NCBI GenBank assembly: GCA_964416605.1
Contig: CAYQEW010000001.1
Span: 1-43,299 of the forward strand
Direction of reading: 5' to 3'
DNA: 43,299 nt
Source of the DNA: an uncultured Bacteriovoracaceae bacterium
Lineage (GTDB): Bacteria > Bdellovibrionota > Bacteriovoracia > Bacteriovoracales > Bacteriovoracaceae
The notes under the pieces are model-generated. The model was not told the origin of the DNA. It saw only the letters and a program-made list of their open reading frames with translations, and did not search any database. Both the position numbers and the translations under genes were made by a program. How positions within the stretch are numbered: position 1 is the first letter of the stretch; each line of letters begins with the position of its first letter. Below, in pieces: positions 25,592 to 34,458 of this stretch.

Positions 25592-27151
25592 ATGTGTGGT
25601 CTAATGATCTCCCCTGTGCACTGGCAGAATAAACAAGAAAAAAAGACACTCTCTCATCGAGGGCCTGATCAAATCAATCATCTCAAAACAAATTATTTTT
25701 CAATGGACTTTTATCGTCTCGCCATCATGGATCTTTCTCCGCTTGGAATGCAACCCTTTGAGTCTGAAAAAAACTTAGCCCTTTGTAATGGTGAAATTTA
25801 TAATTTTGAATCTTTGCAAAAAGAACTGACGAATTTTATTCCTAAATCTCATTCTGACTGCGAATTTCTTGTTCATTATTTTGAAACCTTTGGAGCTGAG
25901 CGCTTGTGCCAAAAACTAGATGGAGAATATGCTCTCGTTATAGCTAGCAAAAACTCTTCTGACATATTTGCAACCAGAGATCCTTTAGGAGTACGGCCTC
26001 TTTTTTATATTGAGCACAATAATGAAATTGCTTTTGCCTCAGAAGTAAAATCGCTGATGCATCTTGAGGGAACCATTAAGCCTTTTCCTCCTGGACATTA
26101 TTATTTCAATAAAAAATTTATTCCTTACTTTCATTTTCCTAAAACTCACATCTCTCCTCATTTAGATTCTATTTTCAAAAACATTCATGACTTACTCTAT
26201 AGCGCAGTCGAAAAAAGATTGCACGCCGATGCGCCGCTTGGCTTTTTACTCAGTGGTGGAGTTGACTCCAGTCTGGTTTGTGCCATCGCTTCGCGTGTGC
26301 TCAAAAAACCGCTTGAAACTTTTTCCGTGGGACTCAATGTTGACCCTATTGATTTAAAATACGCCAAAATGGTCGCTGATCATATTGGCTCAAATCATCA
26401 TGAAATTATTTTTACGACGCAGGAAGCGATTGCTCATGTCCCAGAACTCATTAAGCAACTAGAAACTTTTGATATCACAACTATTCGCGCCTCTATTGGA
26501 ATGTCTCTTTTATGCAAGGCTATTCGTGCCAAAACAAGTATCAAAGCTCTTCTCACTGGCGAAGTCAGCGATGAATTATTTGGTTATAAATACACCGACT
26601 TTGCTCCCAGTGCAGAAGAATTTCAAAAAGAATCTTTAAAAAGAATCAAAGAATTATTTGTTTACGATATTTTAAGAGCTGATCGCTGCATTGCTTTTCA
26701 TAGTCTTGAAGCGCGTGTGCCTTTTAGCGACAAGCAATTTGTTGAGTATGTTCTCTCTCTCGATCCACAGCTTAAAATGAATACCTACAATATGGGTAAA
26801 TACCTGCTTCGCAAATCTTTTGATCATTCAGATTATCTACCTCATGAGATTTTATATCGCGACAAAGCTGCTTTTTCTGATGCCGTCGGACACTCCATGG
26901 TCGATGAACTCAAAAAATATGCCGACAATAAATACAGCGATGAAGATTTAAAAAAGGCTCAAACGAAATACTCTCACTGCCCTCCGATTAGCAAAGAGTC
27001 TCTTTGGTATCGAGAAATTTTTGAGAGCTTTTATCCCGAAAAATCCTATCTTATTCCTAGTTTTTGGATGCCCAATCAAACTTGGCAAAACTGCAATGTG
27101 AATGATCCCTCGGCGAGAGTGCTCGCTAATTATGGTAAAAGTGGGGAGTGA
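25592..27151 (+). CDS. asnB: asparagine synthetase (glutamine-hydrolysing)
   Basis: N-terminal MCG (Cys2 nucleophile), a GATase-2 domain and the PP-loop LLSGGVDSSLV. Confidence 0.85.
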   Translation: MCGLMISPVHWQNKQEKKTLSHRGPDQINHLKTNYFSMDFYRLAIMDLSPLGMQPFESEKNLALCNGEIYNFESLQKELTNFIPKSHSDCEFLVHYFETFGAERLCQKLDGEYALVIASKNSSDIFATRDPLGVRPLFYIEHNNEIAFASEVKSLMHLEGTIKPFPPGHYYFNKKFIPYFHFPKTHISPHLDSIFKNIHDLLYSAVEKRLHADAPLGFLLSGGVDSSLVCAIASRVLKKPLETFSVGLNVDPIDLKYAKMVADHIGSNHHEIIFTTQEAIAHVPELIKQLETFDITTIRASIGMSLLCKAIRAKTSIKALLTGEVSDELFGYKYTDFAPSAEEFQKESLKRIKELFVYDILRADRCIAFHSLEARVPFSDKQFVEYVLSLDPQLKMNTYNMGKYLLRKSFDHSDYLPHEILYRDKAAFSDAVGHSMVDELKKYADNKYSDEDLKKAQTKYSHCPPISKESLWYREIFESFYPEKSYLIPSFWMPNQTWQNCNVNDPSARVLANYGKSGE

Positions 27152-27797
27152 GGATATCCTCATAGAAAACCCCAAACTCTCCAGAAGAATGAAGTAGATG
27201 AAGCTCGAGCACCCAAAGATTTTCAATCGGTTTTTTTTCAAAACCTGCTAATGAACCTTTGTGATAAAGGGCATGAGGAAAATCTCCCAAACGATGGCCT
27301 ACCATTTTATCATTCAGAAAATAATTTTTTAGCTTTGCTAACTCTTGAGCTCTTTCATAGAGATTTATGCCAGAGAGGTTTTCTTGTTTCCATAAGTTTT
27401 GTAATGTAAAAAAAATTTCGCAAACATCCTCAATCATTTTTTGCGCTTGATCGTTTTTGCCATGGACATAACTTCTGCCAATATCTGTTTCATACCCATC
27501 TATTACGGCACCTAAATCAATAAAATAAATGTCATTTTCTTTGAGGATAATTCCTTCTTCAGAAATTTCCTTAAAAGACTTTTGAGTATTAGAAGCGATT
27601 CTCAATTTAGTGGGATGCCAAAGTTTTTGAACACCATTTTGATAACAAAGATTTTCGAGAAGCTCTATTCCTTCCTTTTCACTTATACCTGTTGGTATTT
27701 GAGCTGCAAAAAGATCTATCAGGCCCAGCACTTTTTCGCGTGCTTTTAAATAATCATTGAGGCAAAATCCTTTTCCCACTTGTTCTCTAATATCCAT
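27126..27797 (-). CDS. M24-family (pita-bread fold) metallopeptidase-like protein, catalytic domain only
   Basis: 223 aa. DIYFIDLGAVIDGYETDIGRSYV (paired Asp metal ligands) and GHRLG resemble the catalytic domain of Xaa-Pro/Met aminopeptidases. Confidence 0.55.
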   Translation of the reverse strand: MDIREQVGKGFCLNDYLKAREKVLGLIDLFAAQIPTGISEKEGIELLENLCYQNGVQKLWHPTKLRIASNTQKSFKEISEEGIILKENDIYFIDLGAVIDGYETDIGRSYVHGKNDQAQKMIEDVCEIFFTLQNLWKQENLSGINLYERAQELAKLKNYFLNDKMVGHRLGDFPHALYHKGSLAGFEKKPIENLWVLELHLLHSSGEFGVFYEDILTPHFYHN

Positions 27798-28413
27798 AAA
27801 AAACCTTTTGAAAATTACTTTCTATTTGCAAAACCAAGTCTTTCACTTCCCCATTCAAGCGACGAGAATACTCAGCATAAACTTCTTGAATCGAAGTATC
27901 ATAGTCATCTGTTTCCAGAAAAACTCTATTAATTGGATAGGCTCTTAGTTTAGTTAAAGACATTTTACTTATTTGTTTAAAAGAAAAAGAAAAATACACA
28001 TCGCTTTTAAAAAGATTTTGAATACTAGGATTCTCACCACAATGATGAAAAATAAGAGGTGATGTTATTTTATATTTTTTAAAGTAAAAAGCTAAGTCAC
28101 TTGCAGCTCGCACACAATGGACAATAATCGGCTTAGGATTCTCTGCAATAAACTCTAATTGCTTTTGCAAAATATCAATTTGCTGATCCCAGTTTTCCTT
28201 TCGCACTCGATCAAGTCCCAATTCTCCATAAGCAAGAAAAAAAGGATCCTGTAAACATTCTGTGAAAAATATTTTTTGAGAGGTATGCCACGGATGAATT
28301 CCATAAGAATAATAAAAATTATTCCTTAGGGATAAATCATCAATACTATTTACGGTGAAAATATTCTCTGATTTTTCTTTTAAATGGTGTGAATGAGTAT
28401 CAATAAACTTCAT
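27787..28413 (-). CDS. TatD-family metal-dependent hydrolase
   Basis: FIDTHSHH, YGIHPW, GELGLD and IIVHCVRA are present. Confidence 0.75.
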   Translation of the reverse strand: MKFIDTHSHHLKEKSENIFTVNSIDDLSLRNNFYYSYGIHPWHTSQKIFFTECLQDPFFLAYGELGLDRVRKENWDQQIDILQKQLEFIAENPKPIIVHCVRAASDLAFYFKKYKITSPLIFHHCGENPSIQNLFKSDVYFSFSFKQISKMSLTKLRAYPINRVFLETDDYDTSIQEVYAEYSRRLNGEVKDLVLQIESNFQKVFYGY

Positions 28414-29143
28414 TTTTCTTCACCAGATAATCCAAAACATAAGAAGCTGCATGCAAGCCAAAAGCCCCTGTCACACAGGAGCTAGAGCCCAAACCTTCAG
28501 TACATGACTTACGCTCACAGATTTCCTCTGAACTAAATAGCGATTCTTCGCTTGAGCTAATACAATCCGTAAATATTTTTTTTTGCTTATAGGGCGGTAA
28601 AATTTTGTCTAATTTCATTTTTTTACGCATTCTTGCCAAAAGTTTATCATGTTCCGTGCGAGCCATATCTTTTATGGAAACAAGAGAAGGATTTTTTTTA
28701 CCTGCCGAACTTCCACTCACCAAAAGTCCTATCTTTTTCTCTGTGCATATCTTAAAAATTAAACATTTCGCTGAAAGCGAATCAATGGCATCCAAACAAA
28801 AATCAACTCCCTCCACAATCTGCTCCACATTACAAGCCGACACAAAATCATAAATAATATTAATTTTACATTGAGGATTAATGTCTTGCAGACGACTCGC
28901 AAGGACTTCTACTTTTGGTTTACCAATAGAGCTATTAAGAGCTTGCAATTGACGATTAATATTCGTCACACAAACATCATCCATATCCACAAGAGAAATG
29001 CAGCCAATACCACTGCGCACCAGAGATTCTGCTGCCCAGCTTCCAACTCCCCCTAGGCCAATGATCATGACATGAGATTTCTGAAAAATTTCAAATTTCT
29101 CCATTCCGTAAAGATGAATAATTCCTCTAAATGCTTGACTCAT
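28400..29143 (-). CDS. tcdA: tRNA threonylcarbamoyladenosine dehydratase (ThiF/E1-like)
   Basis: MIIGLGGVGSWAAESLVRSGIG..SLVDMD.VCVTNINRQ matches the TcdA/CsdL Rossmann region. Confidence 0.75.
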   Translation of the reverse strand: MSQAFRGIIHLYGMEKFEIFQKSHVMIIGLGGVGSWAAESLVRSGIGCISLVDMDDVCVTNINRQLQALNSSIGKPKVEVLASRLQDINPQCKINIIYDFVSACNVEQIVEGVDFCLDAIDSLSAKCLIFKICTEKKIGLLVSGSSAGKKNPSLVSIKDMARTEHDKLLARMRKKMKLDKILPPYKQKKIFTDCISSSEESLFSSEEICERKSCTEGLGSSSCVTGAFGLHAASYVLDYLVKKNEVY

Positions 29144-30035
29144 TTTTTTTATAGTTCTCTTCGATAAATTTTATAATGTCACTGGCAATATTAACACCTG
29201 ATGTTTTTTCGATTCCTTCAAGACCTGGGCAAGAATTTACTTCGAGTATCATGGTCTTCTCTTTTGAACGAATCAGATCAACTCCTGCCATATTTAAACC
29301 AATTTTATTCGCGGCAAGCTTAGACATTTCCTCTTGAGAAAGACTAATTTCAATTTTTTGAGAAGTTCCTCCGCGATGAAGATTTGATCTAAAATCACCC
29401 TCTTTCGCTGTGCGCTCCATCGTGGCGATAATTTTATTTCCTAAAACAAAAACGCGAATATCACAGCCCTTTGATTCCGCAATAAATTCTTGTAGCATGA
29501 TATTTGTTTTTAAACTAAGAAGAGTTTCAACAACCGAATAAGCCGATTTTTCAGATTCCGCAAGCACTGTACCAATTCCCTGCATACCTTCTAAGAGCTT
29601 AACGACAACAGGTGCCCCACCCAAAGACTGAATATTGCTTTCAACATTTAAGGCATTATGAGACACAATAGAGTTAGGAAAAGGTAATTGATTCTGCGCC
29701 AAAATTTGCATGGTGCGAAGTTTGTCGCGAGCATTCAGAATGCCTTGAGAAGAATTTAAAGTAAAAATACCCATCGCCTCAAATTGCCTCACAACCGCTA
29801 TGCCATAAAAATTTGTTTCGACACTAATACGTGGAATAATCGCATCTAAAACACTCAGTGATTCTCCTTGATAAAAAATATCGCATTGATCACTCGAAAT
29901 TTTTAAATCACAATTTACATAATCAATTGGAAATATTTCATGGCCCGCGCGAACCGCCTCATTGGCAATACGCGAGTTGCTGTAATTAAGTGAGTTGCGA
30001 CAAAGCAAACCAATTTTCAATTTATTCATAGGCAT
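29127..30035 (-). CDS. rimK: RimK-family ATP-grasp alpha-L-glutamate ligase
   Basis: 302 aa. VVVKLLEGMQGIGTVL, DIRVFVLGNK, FRSNLHRGG and LEVNSCPGLEGIE follow the RimK pattern. Confidence 0.85.
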   Translation of the reverse strand: MPMNKLKIGLLCRNSLNYSNSRIANEAVRAGHEIFPIDYVNCDLKISSDQCDIFYQGESLSVLDAIIPRISVETNFYGIAVVRQFEAMGIFTLNSSQGILNARDKLRTMQILAQNQLPFPNSIVSHNALNVESNIQSLGGAPVVVKLLEGMQGIGTVLAESEKSAYSVVETLLSLKTNIMLQEFIAESKGCDIRVFVLGNKIIATMERTAKEGDFRSNLHRGGTSQKIEISLSQEEMSKLAANKIGLNMAGVDLIRSKEKTMILEVNSCPGLEGIEKTSGVNIASDIIKFIEENYKKNESSI

Positions 30036-30093
30036 ACCTGCATTTTCTCGTTAAAATTTAGACACATTAAATATTAATACGGAGAAGTAGTCT

Positions 30094-31068
30094 ATGGCTA
30101 AAATCACTCAAATAAAAAATAAAGAAAGTTTAGAACTTGAACAATTAGAAGCGGGACAAATTCATCGTTTCCAACTTCATATTCCCGGTAATTCGCTCGG
30201 TACAGCTTGGAGACTTCCTATTATTGTCGCTAAAGGTGTCAAAGATGGTCCCGTCCTAGGTATCACCGCTGCAGTTCACGGCGATGAACTCAATGGTCTA
30301 TCGAGTATCTTTAAATTATTTGCAGAACTCAATCCAGAGGAAATGAGTGGCACTCTCGTGGCTGTACCTATCTATAATGTTCCAGGCTATATGAGTAAAC
30401 AACGCTATTTTATTGACCGCAATGATTTAAATCGTTTTATGCCTGGTAAAAGAAAGGGCAATCCCGCTGAAATTTATAACTATCATCTCACCCATAAAAT
30501 TATTAAAAAATTTAATTATCTTATGGATCTTCATACTGCGAGTGCTGGTAAAGTGAACAGTCTCTATATTCGTGCCGACTTAGAAAACGCTGAATGTAAA
30601 ACACTTGCCTATCTGCAAAACCCACAAATTATCGTGCAAAAATATGATGCCGAAGGAACCTTAAGAGGGTGGGCTAACACTCAAAATATTCCTAGCATCA
30701 CCGTTGAAATTGGAAACCCCAATACCTTTCAACACGATTTAATCGACGATACTCTCGATGGTATAAAAAATACGATGCGCCATCTCAAAATGATTGAGGG
30801 GCCCGTGCGCGATTTCACGGGCGATGCCACTATTTGCGATCACTCCTATTGGATTAATAGTTACAGCGGGGGCATCATTGATGTACTGCCTAAGCTCACA
30901 CAAAAAATAAAAAAAGGCGAACTCATCGCCAAAGTTTATGATGTTTTTGGCGATCTTAAAGATGAAATTTTTTCTGATCAAGATGGTGTCGTGATTGGCA
31001 AAAACACTTCTCCATCCTGCGAAGCAGGTATGCGGATTGTGCATTTGGGAGTGAACAACGAATCTTAA
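30094..31068 (+). CDS. succinylglutamate desuccinylase/aspartoacylase-family (M14-like) zinc hydrolase
   Basis: AAVHGDELNG (H-x-x-E zinc ligands) and DLHTAS. Members of this family are commonly found next to rimK. Confidence 0.75.
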   Translation: MAKITQIKNKESLELEQLEAGQIHRFQLHIPGNSLGTAWRLPIIVAKGVKDGPVLGITAAVHGDELNGLSSIFKLFAELNPEEMSGTLVAVPIYNVPGYMSKQRYFIDRNDLNRFMPGKRKGNPAEIYNYHLTHKIIKKFNYLMDLHTASAGKVNSLYIRADLENAECKTLAYLQNPQIIVQKYDAEGTLRGWANTQNIPSITVEIGNPNTFQHDLIDDTLDGIKNTMRHLKMIEGPVRDFTGDATICDHSYWINSYSGGIIDVLPKLTQKIKKGELIAKVYDVFGDLKDEIFSDQDGVVIGKNTSPSCEAGMRIVHLGVNNES

Positions 31069-31101
31069 AAATAATGAACCCTGCTGATTCCGAAGTACTA
31101 C

Positions 31102-32070
31102 TTAATATCCCAAAATATACGCAAAAATAAGTGGTGCTACAATCGTAGCATCACTTTCAATCACATACTTTGGTGTGTGGATATCAAGTTTTCCCCAAGT
31201 AATTTTTTCATTGGGAATCGCTCCAGAATAGGATCCATAACTTGTTGTAGAATCTGAAATCTGGCAAAAATAACTCCAAAAAGGAACATCGTGCATTTCC
31301 ATATCCTGATAAAGCATCGGCACCACGCAGATCGGAAAATCGCCAGCAATTCCACCACCAATTTGAAAAAAACCAATTCCCTTACCTGCGCAATTTTCTC
31401 TATACCAGTTAGCAAGCCACACCATGTACTCAATGCCTGATTTCATCGTAGAAGTTTTAAGCTCATTTTTAATACAGTAAGAAGCAAAAATATTTCCCAT
31501 GGTTGAATCTTCCCAACCTGGAACAACAATCGGCAAATTCATTTCAGCAGCTGCTAACACCCATGAGTTTTTCGGATCAATTTGATAGTATTCTTTGAGA
31601 TCACCACTCAGGAGCATTTGATACATATACTCATGAGGAAAATAACGTTCATTATTTTTATCTGCATTATTCCAACGTTTAAAAATTTGCGCCTGAATAC
31701 GGCGAAAAGCCTCTTCCTCTGGAATACAAGTATCCGTCACTCGATTTAAGCCTTTTTCTAAAAGATCCCATTCGTCCTGTGGCGTTAAATCGCGGTAGTG
31801 AGGAATGCGCTCATAGTGATCGTGCGCCACAAGGTTCATAATATCTTCTTCCAGATTTGCACCGGTGCAACTAATAATATCGATTTGTCCGGCGCGAATC
31901 ATCGGCGCCAAAATCTTTCCCATTTCCGCAGTACTCATGGCTCCTGCTAGAGTGACCATCATTTTACCGCCAGCAGTCTTATGAGCGACATAACCTTTAG
32001 CCGCATCGACAAGAGAAGCAGCATTAAAATGCAAATAATAATTTTCCATAAACTGTGAAATGGTTTTCAT
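31102..32070 (-). CDS. deoxyhypusine synthase-like protein (DHS / homospermidine-synthase-type aminobutyl transferase)
   Basis: 322 aa. TLAGAMSTAE...IISCTGANLEEDI and GGGI..DF blocks. IPNEKITWGKL aligns with the eukaryotic EAVSWGK active site and keeps the catalytic lysine. Confidence 0.8.
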   Translation of the reverse strand: MKTISQFMENYYLHFNAASLVDAAKGYVAHKTAGGKMMVTLAGAMSTAEMGKILAPMIRAGQIDIISCTGANLEEDIMNLVAHDHYERIPHYRDLTPQDEWDLLEKGLNRVTDTCIPEEEAFRRIQAQIFKRWNNADKNNERYFPHEYMYQMLLSGDLKEYYQIDPKNSWVLAAAEMNLPIVVPGWEDSTMGNIFASYCIKNELKTSTMKSGIEYMVWLANWYRENCAGKGIGFFQIGGGIAGDFPICVVPMLYQDMEMHDVPFWSYFCQISDSTTSYGSYSGAIPNEKITWGKLDIHTPKYVIESDATIVAPLIFAYILGY

Positions 32071-32077
32071 AAATATC

Positions 32078-32548
32078 CTATTGTAAAAATTTTCCGTAAA
32101 TTACTTTGTCATCTCCGTCGCGATAAAAATCTTTGAGACGAGCTACTTCGGTGTAACCAACCTTAAAATAAAAATGGCGAGCCGCCTCATAATCAGAGGT
32201 TCCGGAGGTTTCAGCATAAAGAGCTTTCCCGCCTTCTTCTTTAACTTTTTGCTCTGTCATGTGAATCAACTGTGAACTTAAGCCCTTGCCCTGTTGATCT
32301 TTGGCCACCGCAATCCAGTAGAGATCATATCTTTTATTCGTTAGAGGAATTTCACTAAAGCACGTATAACCGACAATGCGATCATTCTCTCTCGCGAAAA
32401 TAAAAGAATAAGCTGCGGGATCAAGAAGCGCTTCTTCTACTAATTCTTGAGCGGTTTGCACTTCAATCTCATTAAACACTTTTACTTGTGCCACCAGTTC
32501 TCTAATTTTTTCGGGATCATCTTTTTTTAACGTTGTATCAAAAATCAT
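32078..32548 (-). CDS. GNAT-family N-acetyltransferase
   Basis: 156 aa. YWIAVAKDQQGKGLSSQLI is the acetyl-CoA-binding motif A (Q/R-x-x-G-x-G/A). Its ATG overlaps the upstream stop (ATGA). Confidence 0.85.
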   Translation of the reverse strand: MIFDTTLKKDDPEKIRELVAQVKVFNEIEVQTAQELVEEALLDPAAYSFIFARENDRIVGYTCFSEIPLTNKRYDLYWIAVAKDQQGKGLSSQLIHMTEQKVKEEGGKALYAETSGTSDYEAARHFYFKVGYTEVARLKDFYRDGDDKVIYGKFLQ

Positions 32549-33475
32549 AGCGTTCCTATTTTAACAATTTTTTCAATCAGCTGATTATAGCTAATACCTT
32601 GGCGCTCTGCGGCTGCAATAAATCCTGAGTCACTGGTGATACAAGGATTAGGATTGACTTCTAAAACATAGGCTTCGTTGTTTGCATTAAGTCTAAAATC
32701 AACCCGTGCATAGCCCTTTAATCCAAAAGCGTCCCAAGATTTTCTCGCAAGATCTACCACGAACTGATACTCCTCGCCTAAGAACTCTCTCGTACTGTTT
32801 TCATACTCAAAACTTCCTTCTGTCCATTTGCAATTATAATCGACAATATGGGGTTTACCTTCTGGATAGTTAAAAACAATTTCCGAGATACCGAGCACTT
32901 CCGAATGATTTTCGGCTCCAATTAAACCAACCTGAAGCTCTCTGCCTTCAATAAATTCTTCGGCAAAAAAATCAAATCCATACTGAGTTCTTTTTTCTTC
33001 AATTTTTTGTAAAACATTATCATACCCTGTCACAATGCTCTTTTCATCAATCCCGATAGAAGCATCTTCGGCACAAGCTTTAACAATATACGTTCTCTCA
33101 TCTTTTTTAAAATCACCAGGATGATTAATCGCAAAAGACTTCATAAGAGATTTGGCAATTTTTTTATCTGCCGCTAAAGCAAGTGCGCGTGAACCATTTC
33201 CTGAAAAAGGAATTTTAAGAGCTTCTAAATAAGAAGGTATTAAATAAATAAACTGATCAGAGCCCTTAAAAGATTCTACTAAATTAAAAATAAAATCTAT
33301 CTTGTGATGACTTAAATAATCAGCCAAAAACATTGAAACAATTCTGCAAAGGCAGTTCATCGACTTGATGATGGTTTGCCTCTAAGCCCAGCCTAACTTC
33401 TTTCACTTGGACAAGTGTATCAAGATCATCTTGTCTCTCAGAGCTAGGAGCATTGTAGATAATTAAAATATTCAT
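32545..33475 (-). pseudogene. D-Ala-D-Ala-ligase-like ATP-grasp ligase, split by a 1-nt frameshift (or assembly error)
   Basis: A 51-codon N-terminal frame (33475..33320, MNILIIYNAPSSERQDDLDTLVQVKEVRLGLEANHHQVDELPLQNCFNVFG*) is followed by a 271-aa ORF in the adjacent frame. Together they align with the full-length paralogue. C-terminus ARVDFRL..NEAYVLEVNPNPCI. Confidence 0.65.
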
Positions 33476-34458
33476 GAGATCTTATAACGGTTTAGAGCTG
33501 AATCGACAATTCTCTTTATAAGTTCCTTATAAGGTAAATTGATTTGCTTACAAAGCAAAAGAAGATCCGATCGATCCGGATTTAAACCGGCGAGTGGATT
33601 GACCTCGATAAAAGAAGGAACCCCTTGAGCATTACAACGAATATCAAATCTTGCACAATCTCTAATCCCAAGAGCTTGCCAACTTTCTAGTACAAGTTTA
33701 CCCACCTCACTGGCAATGCTATCAGTCGCTAACCTGTATTCGACGAGGGTTTCACAGTTTTCTTTATTGAAGTAAGTGTGGCCTCCCACTTCTGCACCTT
33801 GTTTTAAAATAACCTCTAAAACCCCTAGCACTTGAGGGCCTCTATCCCCGCCAACTACTCCCACAGTAAATTCACGGCCCGGCAAATACTCTTCCACTAA
33901 AACGGGTTGTTTGAAATCAGCTAAAAGAACAGAAGTAACTTCTTCTAATTCTTGCTTGGTATGGACAAGTGATTTTTGCGAAACTCCTTTGCCAGTGCCT
34001 TCCGCAACTGGTTTCGCAAAAAGAGGAAAGTTAAGAGAAAGAGTACTCAGGTCATTAAGATGAGAAATTAAATGATAATGAGCAGTTGTGAGGCCACTAT
34101 CTCTTATTTGTTTTTTCGCAAGAGCCTTATTATGACAAATAATCAAGGTTTCAGTACTCGAAAAAGTGTAAGGTATTTGATAGGCGTCAAGAAGAGCGGG
34201 AACCTGTGCCTCTCTTGCAAGGCCGTGAAGTCCTTCTGCGATATTAAAAACAAGATCCCATTTTTTTCCCTGCGCGAGCAAGTTCACAAGGTTAAAAATA
34301 TTTCCTATGCGCTCTACGGTGTAGCCTAAATCTTGAAGAGTACTCTCAATTGCATGAATGGTGTCTTCTGAATCAAACTCTGCTAATTGTTCTGAGTTTA
34401 GATTGAAATTCTTATAATCTGACTTAAGATCATAAACAAATCCAATTTTAAGACTCAC
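33472..34458 (-). CDS. D-Ala-D-Ala-ligase-like ATP-grasp ligase (substrates unknown)
   Basis: 328 aa. HGLAREAQVPALLDAYQIPYTFS, KPVAEGTGKGV and ARFDIRCNAQGVPSFIEVNPLAGL follow the Ddl-family pattern. Its GTG start overlaps the kamA stop (GTGA). Confidence 0.8.
   Translation of the reverse strand: MSLKIGFVYDLKSDYKNFNLNSEQLAEFDSEDTIHAIESTLQDLGYTVERIGNIFNLVNLLAQGKKWDLVFNIAEGLHGLAREAQVPALLDAYQIPYTFSSTETLIICHNKALAKKQIRDSGLTTAHYHLISHLNDLSTLSLNFPLFAKPVAEGTGKGVSQKSLVHTKQELEEVTSVLLADFKQPVLVEEYLPGREFTVGVVGGDRGPQVLGVLEVILKQGAEVGGHTYFNKENCETLVEYRLATDSIASEVGKLVLESWQALGIRDCARFDIRCNAQGVPSFIEVNPLAGLNPDRSDLLLLCKQINLPYKELIKRIVDSALNRYKIS

Noticed and set aside
25549-25593. The start at 25593 for the caspase-like gene
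   Set aside because: It would overlap the divergent asnB start codon and put 15 residues in front of an otherwise canonical signal peptide. The ATG at 25548 (MKILIWMLWLIFF...) is preferred.
25592-27151. The AsnB-like enzyme as a lasso-peptide or other RiPP cyclase
   Set aside because: It retains the Cys2 glutaminase nucleophile and the PP-loop of a genuine asparagine synthetase. I saw no neighbouring precursor-peptide, protease (B) or transporter genes.
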